39,074 nucleotides of DNA from Oscillospiraceae bacterium (lineage in GTDB: Bacteria; Bacillota; Clostridia; Oscillospirales; Acutalibacteraceae). Of the stretch, positions 1-7,858 are shown piece after piece. The stretch lies in contig JAISII010000169.1 of assembly GCA_031262125.1 (NCBI GenBank), positions 1 through 39,074 of the forward strand. The letters run 5' to 3'. The position numbers and the translations under genes were made by a program. The notes under the pieces were generated by a model. It ran no database searches. It saw only the letters and a list, made by a program, of their open reading frames with translations, and was not told the DNA's origin. Position 1 is the stretch's first letter; the number at the start of each line of letters is the position of its first letter.

Positions 1-471
1 AAAAATATCCTCCGGGCAATGGTGCGTAAGCTCGGTAATATCGAACAAATCGGTCGTCATACGGCTCATAATCTGCCCTGTGCGGTTTTGGTCATAAAAC
101 TTAAAGCTAAGGCGTTGCAAGTGGTTGAATAAATCGCTTCGCATACCCGCCTCTATATACACCCCAAGCTGATGCCCCCAATAGGTGATTATATAATGCA
201 GCCCCGAGCGGATTACATAAAACAGCACCAGCATTGCCATCAGCCAAAAAAATTCCGAAAATTGCTTATTTGGCAGCAAATTGTTAAGTGCAAATCGTGT
301 AATCATCGGGTATGCAACATCTATTGCGGCAACAAAAAAGGCACAGGTCATATCCAGCACAAACAAGTTAAGGTGCGGTTTATAAAAGCTTGCAAAAATG
401 CTCAGCTTAGATTTTTGGTATTTATCGGCAGGATTTTTAAGCCTTTTTGGGCTTTTGCTCAAATTATGCAC
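1..471 (-). CDS. ABC exporter, N-terminal transmembrane domain (MsbA/LmrA-like). The 5' end is in the window and the 3' part runs off the left edge.
   Basis: My own minus-strand translation; the ORF is absent from the track because it is open at the window edge. It reads VHNLSKSPKRLKNPADKYQKSKLSIFASFYKPHLNLFVLDMTCAFFVAAIDVAYPMITRFALNNLL...LQRLSFKFYDQNRTGQIMSRMTTDLFDITELTHH. The FYDxxxTGxxxSRxxxD motif is typical of type-I ABC exporter membrane domains. Start is GTG 471 or TTG 462, preceded by AAGGGAAG. Confidence 0.7.
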   Translation of the reverse strand, partial: MHNLSKSPKRLKNPADKYQKSKLSIFASFYKPHLNLFVLDMTCAFFVAAIDVAYPMITRFALNNLLPNKQFSEFFWLMAMLVLFYVIRSGLHYIITYWGHQLGVYIEAGMRSDLFNHLQRLSFKFYDQNRTGQIMSRMTTDLFDITELTHHCPEDIF

Positions 472-572
472 TTCCCTTTTTAAACAAAAAGTTATTGATT
501 TTATTTTACCATAATTTTCTTTATTTATCAATAAATTTTGCCTATAAATACAGTTATGATAACAGTATAAAC

Positions 573-1838
573 TTACGAACCTCTCGTTTTTAAAACCGCC
601 TCTGCCGCTTTTAAAACGCCGTATTTGCCGCTGTGGAAGTTCAACCCCCCTTGCAGCCAAGCACAATACGGCGGCCGCAGAGGAGCATCGGCGGAAAGCT
701 CGATTGACGAACCAAGCGTAAACGCACCGGCAGCCATAATCACCTTGCAGTCATAACCGGGCATATCCCACGGCTCGGGCACAACAAAGCTGTCCACCGC
801 CGAGCCGGATTGTATGCCACGGCAAAACGCAATCATTTCTTGCTCGTTGTTAAACTTTACAGTTTGTATAATATCGGGGCGGGGTTCTTCGAAGGTTGGG
901 GTAACTTCAAAGCCAAGCTCCTCAAACAACGCCGCCGCAAAAATTGCTGTTTTAAGAGCCTCGCCCGTTGCATGGGGTGCGTTAAAAGCACCCAAAAACA
1001 TTTGACGCATAACACTCAGCGTGCAGCCAACTTCGCCGCCTGTACCCGGTGTTGTAAGCCGATAGGCACATTGCTCTACAAGCTCTTTTTTGCCTGCTAT
1101 GTAGCCGCCGGTTGGTGCAATTCCGCCCCCTGCGTTTTTAATCAGTGAGCCTGCTATCAAATCTGCCCCGCATTGCAGCGGTTCCGGTTTTTCGGTAAAT
1201 TCGCCATAGCAATTGTCGGCAAAAACAATACAGTTTGTAGAATTTGCTTTTACAACTTCGGCAATAGCTTTAATGTCTGCCACCGTTAACGACGGTCGCA
1301 GTGTGTACCCCCGTGAACGTTGAATATAAACCATACGGGTTTTCGGAGTAAGTGCAGAGGGGATTTTTTGCAAATCCACACGCCCTTTTGCATGCAGCGG
1401 CAGCTCTTTATAAACAATGCCAAACTCTTTTAGCGAGCCGGAGGAATTTTCTCCAATGCCCAAAACCCCACGTATGGTGTCGTACGGTGTGCCTGTAACA
1501 CACAAAACCTCGTCGCCGGGGCGTAAAACGCCGAACAACGCAACTGTAATTGCATGAGTCCCCGACACAAAATTGTGCCGTACCAACGCACTTTCGGCTT
1601 CAAAAACATTGCGGTATACTTCGTCTAATGCCTCTCGCCCACGGTCGCCGTAGCCGTAACCCGTGCTGCCCGCAAAGTGAGATTCGGAAACCCGTGCCGC
1701 CTGAAAAGCCTTCAGCAATTTTATTTGATGAAACTCTTGGTTTTGCTCAATAAGCTCAAGCTGTTTTTGAGTTTTCTTAATTGCATGCTCTGCTGCGTTG
1801 TCTAAAATTTTTTTAAGGTTATTTTCGTTCATATGCAC
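573..1838 (-). CDS. PLP-dependent lyase of the 'aluminium resistance protein' / Met_gamma_lyase family (B. subtilis YnbB-like)
   Basis: 421-aa ORF. Motifs FAGSTGYGYGDRGREALDEVY and GSLIKNAGGGIAPTGGYIAGKKELV are characteristic of this family. It lies 23 nt downstream of the M42 gene pair. Confidence 0.75.
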   Translation of the reverse strand: MHMNENNLKKILDNAAEHAIKKTQKQLELIEQNQEFHQIKLLKAFQAARVSESHFAGSTGYGYGDRGREALDEVYRNVFEAESALVRHNFVSGTHAITVALFGVLRPGDEVLCVTGTPYDTIRGVLGIGENSSGSLKEFGIVYKELPLHAKGRVDLQKIPSALTPKTRMVYIQRSRGYTLRPSLTVADIKAIAEVVKANSTNCIVFADNCYGEFTEKPEPLQCGADLIAGSLIKNAGGGIAPTGGYIAGKKELVEQCAYRLTTPGTGGEVGCTLSVMRQMFLGAFNAPHATGEALKTAIFAAALFEELGFEVTPTFEEPRPDIIQTVKFNNEQEMIAFCRGIQSGSAVDSFVVPEPWDMPGYDCKVIMAAGAFTLGSSIELSADAPLRPPYCAWLQGGLNFHSGKYGVLKAAEAVLKTRGS

Positions 1839-1861
1839 CTTTTTAAAGTCTTAATTTATAA

Positions 1862-2881
1862 TTATATGTTTTGCATAATCATCTCTTTTGCCAAGGCAAA
1901 AACGCTCTGCACATCGGCAATTTTGCACATTGCAAGCTGCGAGTGCAAATAGCGTGTGGGAGCCGAAATTGCCAGCACCCTTGCTCCAAAAGCGGTTGTG
2001 TTGTATGCACCCGAGTCGTTACCTCCGGCTACTGCTTGCTTTGCTTGCAGCGGGATGCCCAGTCTCTCGGCAATATTTTGTGCTGTGGAATACATTTGCT
2101 TGTCGTAAATTGCCGACTTGTCCATAAACGAAATTGCAGCACCGCCGCCCAAGGTGCAAACCTGTTCGCCGCTTGCAACGTCGGGCAAATCTTGTGCGGT
2201 TGTGGACTCTATAACAATTGCAGAGTCGGGGTTTAATGCAAAGGCGGCAGTTTTTGCCCCACGCATACCAACTTCCTCCTGCACTGCAAAAACAAAATGC
2301 ACATCGCAGGGGTAGTTGTGTTTTAGCAGCTCGATTAAAATACAGCAGCCCACCCTGTCGTCAATAGCTTTAGAAGTAATAGTGCTGTCGCTAATCTCGC
2401 AGCCCGATTCAAAAACAACACTGTCGCCCGGGCGAACATATTTTTGTGCGTCCTCTTTGTTAAGTGCACCAATATCAATATACATTTGCTTAATTGCAGA
2501 ATATTTATCTCGCTCGGCAGCCGAAGTTAAATGCACCGGCACGCTGGAGATTACACCGTTTAGTTTTTTGCCGCCCACTTTAACACGTTTGCCTGCCAGC
2601 ACCCGTGGTTCTATGCCGCCAACAGTGTCGAACTTTAAAAAGCCGCCGTCGGTTACAGAAGTTACAATCAAGCCGACTTCGTCCATATGTGCCGAAAGTA
2701 CAAGCTTGTTTTTTGGCGTAGAATTGCCCTTTTTAAATGCCAAAATATTGCCTAAGGCATCCACCTTAACATCGGTGCAATGCTCTGCAATCTCGTTTAA
2801 AATAATTTCTCTAACATCCGCTTCGTCGCCGGATAATCCGCCGGCACAAAGCATTTTACGGAGTAAATCTTTATTCAGCAT
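1862..2881 (-). CDS. M42 family metallo-aminopeptidase (FrvX/YsdC/TET-like)
   Basis: 339-aa ORF with LSAHMDEVGLIVT and AVQEEVGMRGAKTAAF metal-ligand motifs. GGAGG lies 8 nt upstream of the ATG. The start overlaps the upstream paralog by 11 nt. Confidence 0.85.
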   Translation of the reverse strand: MLNKDLLRKMLCAGGLSGDEADVREIILNEIAEHCTDVKVDALGNILAFKKGNSTPKNKLVLSAHMDEVGLIVTSVTDGGFLKFDTVGGIEPRVLAGKRVKVGGKKLNGVISSVPVHLTSAAERDKYSAIKQMYIDIGALNKEDAQKYVRPGDSVVFESGCEISDSTITSKAIDDRVGCCILIELLKHNYPCDVHFVFAVQEEVGMRGAKTAAFALNPDSAIVIESTTAQDLPDVASGEQVCTLGGGAAISFMDKSAIYDKQMYSTAQNIAERLGIPLQAKQAVAGGNDSGAYNTTAFGARVLAISAPTRYLHSQLAMCKIADVQSVFALAKEMIMQNI

Positions 2882-3899
2882 TAAACATACCTCCGTCTAA
2901 AATACTTGCGGCAATCAAATCGGCGGTTGCTTCAATATCACCAACATCAACAACCTCCGACTGTGTGTGCATATACCGCAGGGGGATAGAAATCAGCCCG
3001 GTCTCAGCTCCCGTTTTTGCGACACCGATATGGTCAATGTTCGTTCCGGTTGTGCCGCCGCAAACCTCTGTTTGATATGGTATGTTATGTGCTGTTGCGG
3101 TAGATTCAAACAGTGCAGACATTGCTTTGCTTAAAGTGCCCGAGTAGCAAACCATTGGTCCGCCACCCAAAACGCCGGGCGTTGGGTAGTCAATAACCTC
3201 CCCTTGTGTGGCAAACGATACATCAACCGCAATCGCTTTATCAAACTCGAGTGCAAACGCACCTGTTTTTGCTCCTTTTGCAAAGGTTTCCTCCCCTACG
3301 CTGAACAAAAAGCACACGTTGCACTTCAAATCATTTGCTTGGCTGAGTTTTTTTGCAACACTAATTAAGGCTGCAACTCCTGCACGGTTGTCAATAGCCG
3401 GTGAGGTAACACGATTGTTTAAAAGCTCGGCAAATTCGGCAGCGTATGAGATTCGGCAGCCCGTCTGTACAAGCTCTTTAACTTCCTTTTCGCTCAAGCC
3501 TGTGTCTGCAAACAGCTTGTCTATTGGCACGGCACTGTCGCTTTTGCCCGACAAATGCGGCGGAATTGACGTAATAACGCCCTTAATATTCCGCTTGCCG
3601 TGTATTATAACCTCGGTTGCGGGCAAAACCCTTTGGTCTGCCCCGCCAACATTGGCAAAACGCAAAAAACCGCCCCCCGCAAGCGATGTTACCACAAACC
3701 CAACTTGGTCTATGTGGGCATCTAACAGGATGGTATGTTCAAACTCGCCGCTTTGCAGCTTTGCAAAAACACTGCCGCCCTGCCCTATTGTAACCTCGGC
3801 ACAATAGGGTTGCAGGGTTTTAACCAAATATTCGGCAATTGGGGATTCTTCACCGCTTGGGGCAACAATTGTGCATAAATCTTTTAAAAGTTCTTTCAT
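2871..3899 (-). CDS. M42 family metallo-aminopeptidase paralog
   Basis: 342-aa ORF with LDAHIDQVGFVVT and SVGEETFAKGAKTGAF. It has the same fold signature as the downstream paralog but is clearly diverged. Confidence 0.8.
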   Translation of the reverse strand: MKELLKDLCTIVAPSGEESPIAEYLVKTLQPYCAEVTIGQGGSVFAKLQSGEFEHTILLDAHIDQVGFVVTSLAGGGFLRFANVGGADQRVLPATEVIIHGKRNIKGVITSIPPHLSGKSDSAVPIDKLFADTGLSEKEVKELVQTGCRISYAAEFAELLNNRVTSPAIDNRAGVAALISVAKKLSQANDLKCNVCFLFSVGEETFAKGAKTGAFALEFDKAIAVDVSFATQGEVIDYPTPGVLGGGPMVCYSGTLSKAMSALFESTATAHNIPYQTEVCGGTTGTNIDHIGVAKTGAETGLISIPLRYMHTQSEVVDVGDIEATADLIAASILDGGMFNAE

Positions 3900-3925
3900 T
3901 AAAAATTCCTTATTATTTTTCTTTA

Positions 3926-5329
3926 TTATTTATTATTTTCTTTTAGCTCAAGCACTAATTGCTTAAAATGCTTGCCACGTGCGTCAAAATTTTTATAAAG
4001 GTCAAAGCTTGCACTTGCGGGCGAAAGCGAAACTATATCCCCCTCAATTGCGTTTTGCCGTGCTGCAAGAACGGCTTCTTCCATATTACTTACTTCCATA
4101 ATTTTCGGATTATCAGGCGAATAATTGTCAGCCGTAAGGGTTGCCTCTTTAATTTTTGGTGCGGTGTTGCCCATAATTATAAGAGTTTTAACCTTGTTGC
4201 AAATTACAGGCCCCAGCAGCTTGTAAGAGATTTTTTTGTCGTACCCGCCGGCAATTAGTATAATTTTTTGTTTATAGAGCGAGAGCGTGCCCGAAGCCGT
4301 ACGTGTGGGGCTGGACGCTATAGAATCGTTATAATATTTTACGCCGTCAACCTCTGCCACAAACTCGGCACGGTGCTCAACACCGGCAAACTCTTTTGCA
4401 ACCTGTGCAATAACCTGCGGTGTAACCAACCCCCACACTGCACAAATTGCCGCCATATAATTCTCGGTGTTGTGCCAACCGGGTATTTTAATATCAGCGG
4501 TTTTAATTACCGGGGTAATTGTGCCGTTATCGGCAAAATAAATTGTATCGTCTTTTAAAAATGTACCGTTGTTTACGTTTTGTTTTCTTGAAAAATACAG
4601 CACATTGCCTCGTGCTTCTTTTGCAAATTCAGAGGTAATATCGTCATCAAGGTTAAGCACAGTTTTGCCGAAAGCATTTTGGTGCAAAAAAATGTTTTTC
4701 TTGCTGTCGGTGTACTCTTGCATATCCTTATGAATATCCAAATGGTTTGGCGAAAGGTTTGTAACTACTGCAATATCGGGGCTTTGCCGCATAGAAATCA
4801 ACTGGAAGCTTGAAAGCTCGACAACTGCAAAATCTTCGGGGTTAATACTCTCTATAATCGGCAAAAGCGGTGTGCCAATGTTACCGCCCAAATGTACTGT
4901 GTAGCCTGCTTTTTTTAAAAACTCCGAAATTATGGTTGTGGTTGTGGTTTTGCCGTCGGAACCCGTCACGGCAATAATTTTGCAAGGGCAAAGGTCAAAA
5001 AACAGTTCCATCTCGGAGGTTACAACTATACCTTTGGCACGAAAATTATTTAGCTCATCGGAATAATAACGCATACCCGGTGTTCGCAAAATAATATCGC
5101 ACTGCAAGTTTTGCAAATAATCTTTGCCCAAATTCAGCACTGCTCCGGCGGACTTTGCTTTTGCGGCGTTTTCGCCGAGTTCACTCTCGGTTTTGCTGTC
5201 GCAAGCTATAACGGTTGCCCCGTATTTTTTAAACAAGCCTATAAGCGGCAAATTGCTTGTGCCAATGCCAACAAGTGCTATAGTCTTGCCGTTTAGTTTT
5301 TTTAAAAAGGTTTCACTCATATTGTTCAC
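3926..5329 (-). CDS. murD: UDP-N-acetylmuramoyl-L-alanine--D-glutamate ligase
   Basis: 467-aa ORF. N-terminal Rossmann motif LVGIGTSNLPL, Mur-ligase P-loop VTGSDGKTTTTTII and NLSPNHLDIHKDMQEY. GGAGG lies upstream of the GTG start at 5329; ATG 5320 is an alternative. Confidence 0.9.
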   Translation of the reverse strand: MNNMSETFLKKLNGKTIALVGIGTSNLPLIGLFKKYGATVIACDSKTESELGENAAKAKSAGAVLNLGKDYLQNLQCDIILRTPGMRYYSDELNNFRAKGIVVTSEMELFFDLCPCKIIAVTGSDGKTTTTTIISEFLKKAGYTVHLGGNIGTPLLPIIESINPEDFAVVELSSFQLISMRQSPDIAVVTNLSPNHLDIHKDMQEYTDSKKNIFLHQNAFGKTVLNLDDDITSEFAKEARGNVLYFSRKQNVNNGTFLKDDTIYFADNGTITPVIKTADIKIPGWHNTENYMAAICAVWGLVTPQVIAQVAKEFAGVEHRAEFVAEVDGVKYYNDSIASSPTRTASGTLSLYKQKIILIAGGYDKKISYKLLGPVICNKVKTLIIMGNTAPKIKEATLTADNYSPDNPKIMEVSNMEEAVLAARQNAIEGDIVSLSPASASFDLYKNFDARGKHFKQLVLELKENNK

Positions 5330-5435
5330 AGTTTACCTCCAAATTTGTACTGATTATATTATATTCCAAAATTTAAAATTATAATAATTTAAGAGAATTT
5401 TTATTAATTCTTTTTTTAAAATTTTCAAAAAAAAT

Positions 5436-5452
5436 GCCGGTATTTCTACCGA
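5436..5452 (-). terminator. Weak rho-independent terminator after the XRE gene
   Basis: Minus strand reads GUCGGUA-GAAA-UACCGGC (one mismatch) followed by UUUUUUUU (plus-strand A-run 5427-5434). Confidence 0.4.
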
Positions 5453-5470
5453 CAATTTTCTGTTAAGAAA

Positions 5471-5734
5471 TTAAATGTTAGAGGGCGTCTCTCCCCGCCC
5501 AAGCAAAGCGTCTACCGATATTTCAAAAATATCAGCCAATGCCAGCATCTCAAAATCGGTAACAAAGCGTATTTGCCCCTCTAATTTTGATAATCCCGAA
5601 GCATTCATATCTACCCCGTTAACTTGCAGTTGTGCCAGCAAATCCTTTTGCTTCATATTCCTTTCTTTGCGAATAGCCTCTACCCGCGCACCTATGAGGT
5701 TTCTGTCCCCCAAATCCTGCTTACGCAATCTCAT
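5471..5734 (-). CDS. Small XRE-family helix-turn-helix transcriptional regulator (87 aa)
   Basis: MRLRKQDLGDRNLIGARVEAIRKERNMKQKDLLAQLQVNGVDMNASGLSKLEGQIRFVTDFEMLALADIFEISVDALLG is a classic HTH_3 pattern. I chose the internal ATG at 5734 (GGAGTG 6 nt upstream) rather than the track start at 5833. The 33 extra residues look non-coding and contain the putative promoter. Confidence 0.75.
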   Translation of the reverse strand: MRLRKQDLGDRNLIGARVEAIRKERNMKQKDLLAQLQVNGVDMNASGLSKLEGQIRFVTDFEMLALADIFEISVDALLGRGETPSNI

Positions 5735-5758
5735 AACGTACACTCCAAAAAAAATTTT

Positions 5759-5767
5759 ATTATAACA
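5759..5767 (-). promoter_or_regulatory. Extended -10 element (TGtTATAAT) for the XRE gene
   Basis: Minus strand reads ...ggtgtttaTGtTATAATaaaatttttttttGGAGTGtacgttATG. No good -35 is present, and the extended -10 may compensate. Confidence 0.35.
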
Positions 5768-6017
5768 TAAACACCGTTTATATTGCGTATCAGAAATATA
5801 GACGGCATAGTGAGGATAATTAATAAAAATCAAGTATTCCCTTTAAAATCTGCATAAACACTGTACTTTATTATAATACGTACGGCAAAAAAAAACAAGT
5901 CTTTTTGCAAAATAATTTAAAATTTGTCATTTTTTTAACTTTATGTTGCCTGTTTGTAATTGTTTTTGTGGGTTGAAATAACAAAGATGTGCAATTTTTA
6001 GTTTTTTAATAGCTTTT

Positions 6018-7313
6018 TTATAAAGCACCAATCATCGCACTGCCGTCTTGAGTAATTGAGATTAACCGTACATCTATAATTTTGCCCGCCAAATTGTCGT
6101 TTGAACTTACTCGTACAGGGGTGTAGTTAGCACTAAAGCCTTCCCACTCTCCTTTTGGGTTTTGCTTTTCGAACAGCACGCTTTCGGTTTTGCCTATTTG
6201 AGTTTTTAAAAAGTCTTTGTGCAGTTGGTCGGCAATTTTAAGCATTGCTGCTGCCCGTTGGTTTTTTATGCTTTGCTCAATTTGCTCGTCAAACTCAGCT
6301 GCTTTTGTGCCCGCCCTTGGAGAATATGGAAAAACGTGAATTTTTGCAAAACCGATTTTTTTGGCAAAACTAACACTGTCTGAAAAATCTTCTTCGCTCT
6401 CGCCGGGGAACCCGACCATAATATCGGTTGTAATTGCCGGGTTTTTGAAAATTCGCCTAATATTTTTTACAATTTCTTCATACTCATTAGTAGTGTATTT
6501 TCGGTTCATATGCTGTAAAGTTCTATTGCACCCGCTTTGCAGCGACAAATGGAACTGCGGGCAAAACTGCGGCACACTGTGCAAAGCCAGCAGCACATTT
6601 TCGGTCAGATATTCCGGCTCCAGCGAGCCAAGCCTCACACGGGCAACGCCCTGCACAGCCCCAACGGCTTTAACGGCATCGCACAGCTCCAGCCCGATAT
6701 CCTGCCCATAGCACGACAAATTTATGCCAACCAAAACAACCTCTGTGTAGCCGTTTTTGGCAAGGCTTTCGGCTTCGGTTTGCAAAGCTGCAAGCGGTTT
6801 TGAACGCACACTCCCCCGTGCGTAGGGAATAATGCAATAAGAGCAATAGCGGTTGCAGCCGTCCTGTATTTTTATAATCGCCCTTGTGCGGTTGCTCAAG
6901 TGGCTTATTTGTGCATTTTCGTAAGCCTCTTCCCTCTTTTTGTGCTGCTCTATTTTTATAATTTGCTGCCCGTTTTGCAAAAATTCGGATATTAATTTTG
7001 GAATTTCTGCCCTGTTGGTGTTGCCTGCAACAATATCGCAACCCTCAAAAAGTATGGGATTTTGTGGGAAAGCCTGCGGCATACAGCCGGTTAGAACAAC
7101 TATTGCGGCAGGGTTTTCTCGCTTTAGTTTGCGTATTAGCTTGCGGTTTTTGGAATCGGCTACCGAGGTTACGGTGCAGGAATTTATAATTATAACATCG
7201 GCGGTTTGCAAATTTTGTGCCGGCTTTAACCCTGCATTTTCCAGTGCGTTATGCATAACCTCCGATTCGTAGCGGTTAACCTTGCAACCAAAGGTATAAA
7301 TATAAAAATTCAA
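6018..7313 (-). CDS. mtaB: tRNA (t6A37) methylthiotransferase MtaB, a radical-SAM MTTase
   Basis: N-terminal MTTase motif YTFGCKVNRYESE, radical-SAM cluster motif GCNRYCSYCIIPYARG and a C-terminal TRAM-like segment. The track ORF extends to 7370 (TTG). That TTG is part of a TTGCGA -35-like box, whereas TTG 7313 is preceded by GGAGA at 7 nt, so I place the start at 7313. Confidence 0.8.
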   Translation of the reverse strand: MNFYIYTFGCKVNRYESEVMHNALENAGLKPAQNLQTADVIIINSCTVTSVADSKNRKLIRKLKRENPAAIVVLTGCMPQAFPQNPILFEGCDIVAGNTNRAEIPKLISEFLQNGQQIIKIEQHKKREEAYENAQISHLSNRTRAIIKIQDGCNRYCSYCIIPYARGSVRSKPLAALQTEAESLAKNGYTEVVLVGINLSCYGQDIGLELCDAVKAVGAVQGVARVRLGSLEPEYLTENVLLALHSVPQFCPQFHLSLQSGCNRTLQHMNRKYTTNEYEEIVKNIRRIFKNPAITTDIMVGFPGESEEDFSDSVSFAKKIGFAKIHVFPYSPRAGTKAAEFDEQIEQSIKNQRAAAMLKIADQLHKDFLKTQIGKTESVLFEKQNPKGEWEGFSANYTPVRVSSNDNLAGKIIDVRLISITQDGSAMIGAL

Positions 7314-7391
7314 CAGATTATCTCCACTTTCTGAAAATTTTTTTGTAAAGTAAATGAAATTGTGTCGCAAAAGGCGTTTTTGATTGATTTT

Positions 7392-7420
7392 TTGCGACTA
7401 TTGTGCTAATATTGTAATAT
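7392..7420 (+). promoter_or_regulatory. Putative sigma-A promoter of the HPr-like gene
   Basis: TTGCGA (7392-7397), a 17-nt spacer, then TAATAT (7415-7420). GGAGGG lies at 7430-7435 and the ATG at 7441. Confidence 0.4.
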
Positions 7421-7440
7421 AAAATTAACGGAGGGTCAAT

Positions 7441-7674
7441 ATGTTTTGTCAAACTATTTGCATTTCGAGTTTTGAAGCCGCCAAAAGATTTATTAATATG
7501 ACCAATAGGTATATGAACCTTAAAATCAACCTTTTTTCCGAAGATTACATTATTGACGCTCATTCGGTTATGGGCATTTTGTCGCTGGATATGAACAAAC
7601 CCGTAGAGCTGCGTGCCGAGGGCGAAACCTTGAACGATTTTATTAAAGATATTGCCCCCTTTGCAGCTGCTTAA
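7441..7674 (+). CDS. HPr-like small protein (PTS phosphocarrier fold, truncated and divergent)
   Basis: 77 aa. IIDAHSVMGILSLDMNKPVELRAEGETLNDFIKDIAPF aligns by eye with HPr VNLKSIMGVMSLG..AEITI.A.G.DE..A. There is a strong RBS. This is the only plus-strand gene in the window. Confidence 0.65.
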   Translation: MFCQTICISSFEAAKRFINMTNRYMNLKINLFSEDYIIDAHSVMGILSLDMNKPVELRAEGETLNDFIKDIAPFAAA

Positions 7675-7703
7675 TTTTTTTAATTTAAAACTTGCAATTT
7701 TTG

Positions 7704-7735
7704 CCCCGATTTTGTATCGGGGTTTTCTGTTTTTC
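7704..7735 (+). terminator. Rho-independent terminator of the HPr-like gene
   Basis: CCCCGAT-tttgt-ATCGGGG (7704-7722) followed by TTTTCTGTTTTTC. Confidence 0.7.
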
Positions 7736-7779
7736 TAAAAAAGTTTTGTATGTAAATAAATGGCAACACTAATACACAA

Positions 7780-7814
7780 AATCGCCCCACCGCAAAATTA
7801 GCGGCAGGGCGATT
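7780..7814 (-). terminator. Terminator downstream of the 1160-aa surface protein gene (potentially bidirectional)
   Basis: AATCGCCC (7780-7787) pairs with GGGCGATT (7807-7814). An inner 4-bp extension (7790-7793 with 7801-7804) follows a 2-nt internal loop. T-rich tracts are present on both strands. Confidence 0.6.
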
Positions 7815-7858
7815 GTTTTATTTGTTTTTAATTATGTCTAATTTGTTATTAGTAGGAA

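Noticed and set aside
172-483. Track ORF of 103 aa on the plus strand
   Set aside because: The composition is Cys/His/Lys-rich and unprotein-like. The opposite strand over the same bases gives a clean ABC-exporter transmembrane-domain translation, so this is a shadow ORF.
2316-3807. Long antisense ORFs (2316-2900 and 3208-3807; similarly 25514-26179, 34195-34707, 37199-37633, 17306-17827 and 19640-20044)
   Set aside because: All lie fully inside well-supported minus-strand genes. They have Ser/Pro/Ala/Cys-rich low-complexity translations and no RBS. These are typical shadow frames.
7318-7563. 81-aa minus-strand ORF spanning the mtaB / HPr-like intergenic region
   Set aside because: It overlaps the HPr-like CDS in antisense and also the promoter region. 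The translation is unprotein-like and there is no RBS.
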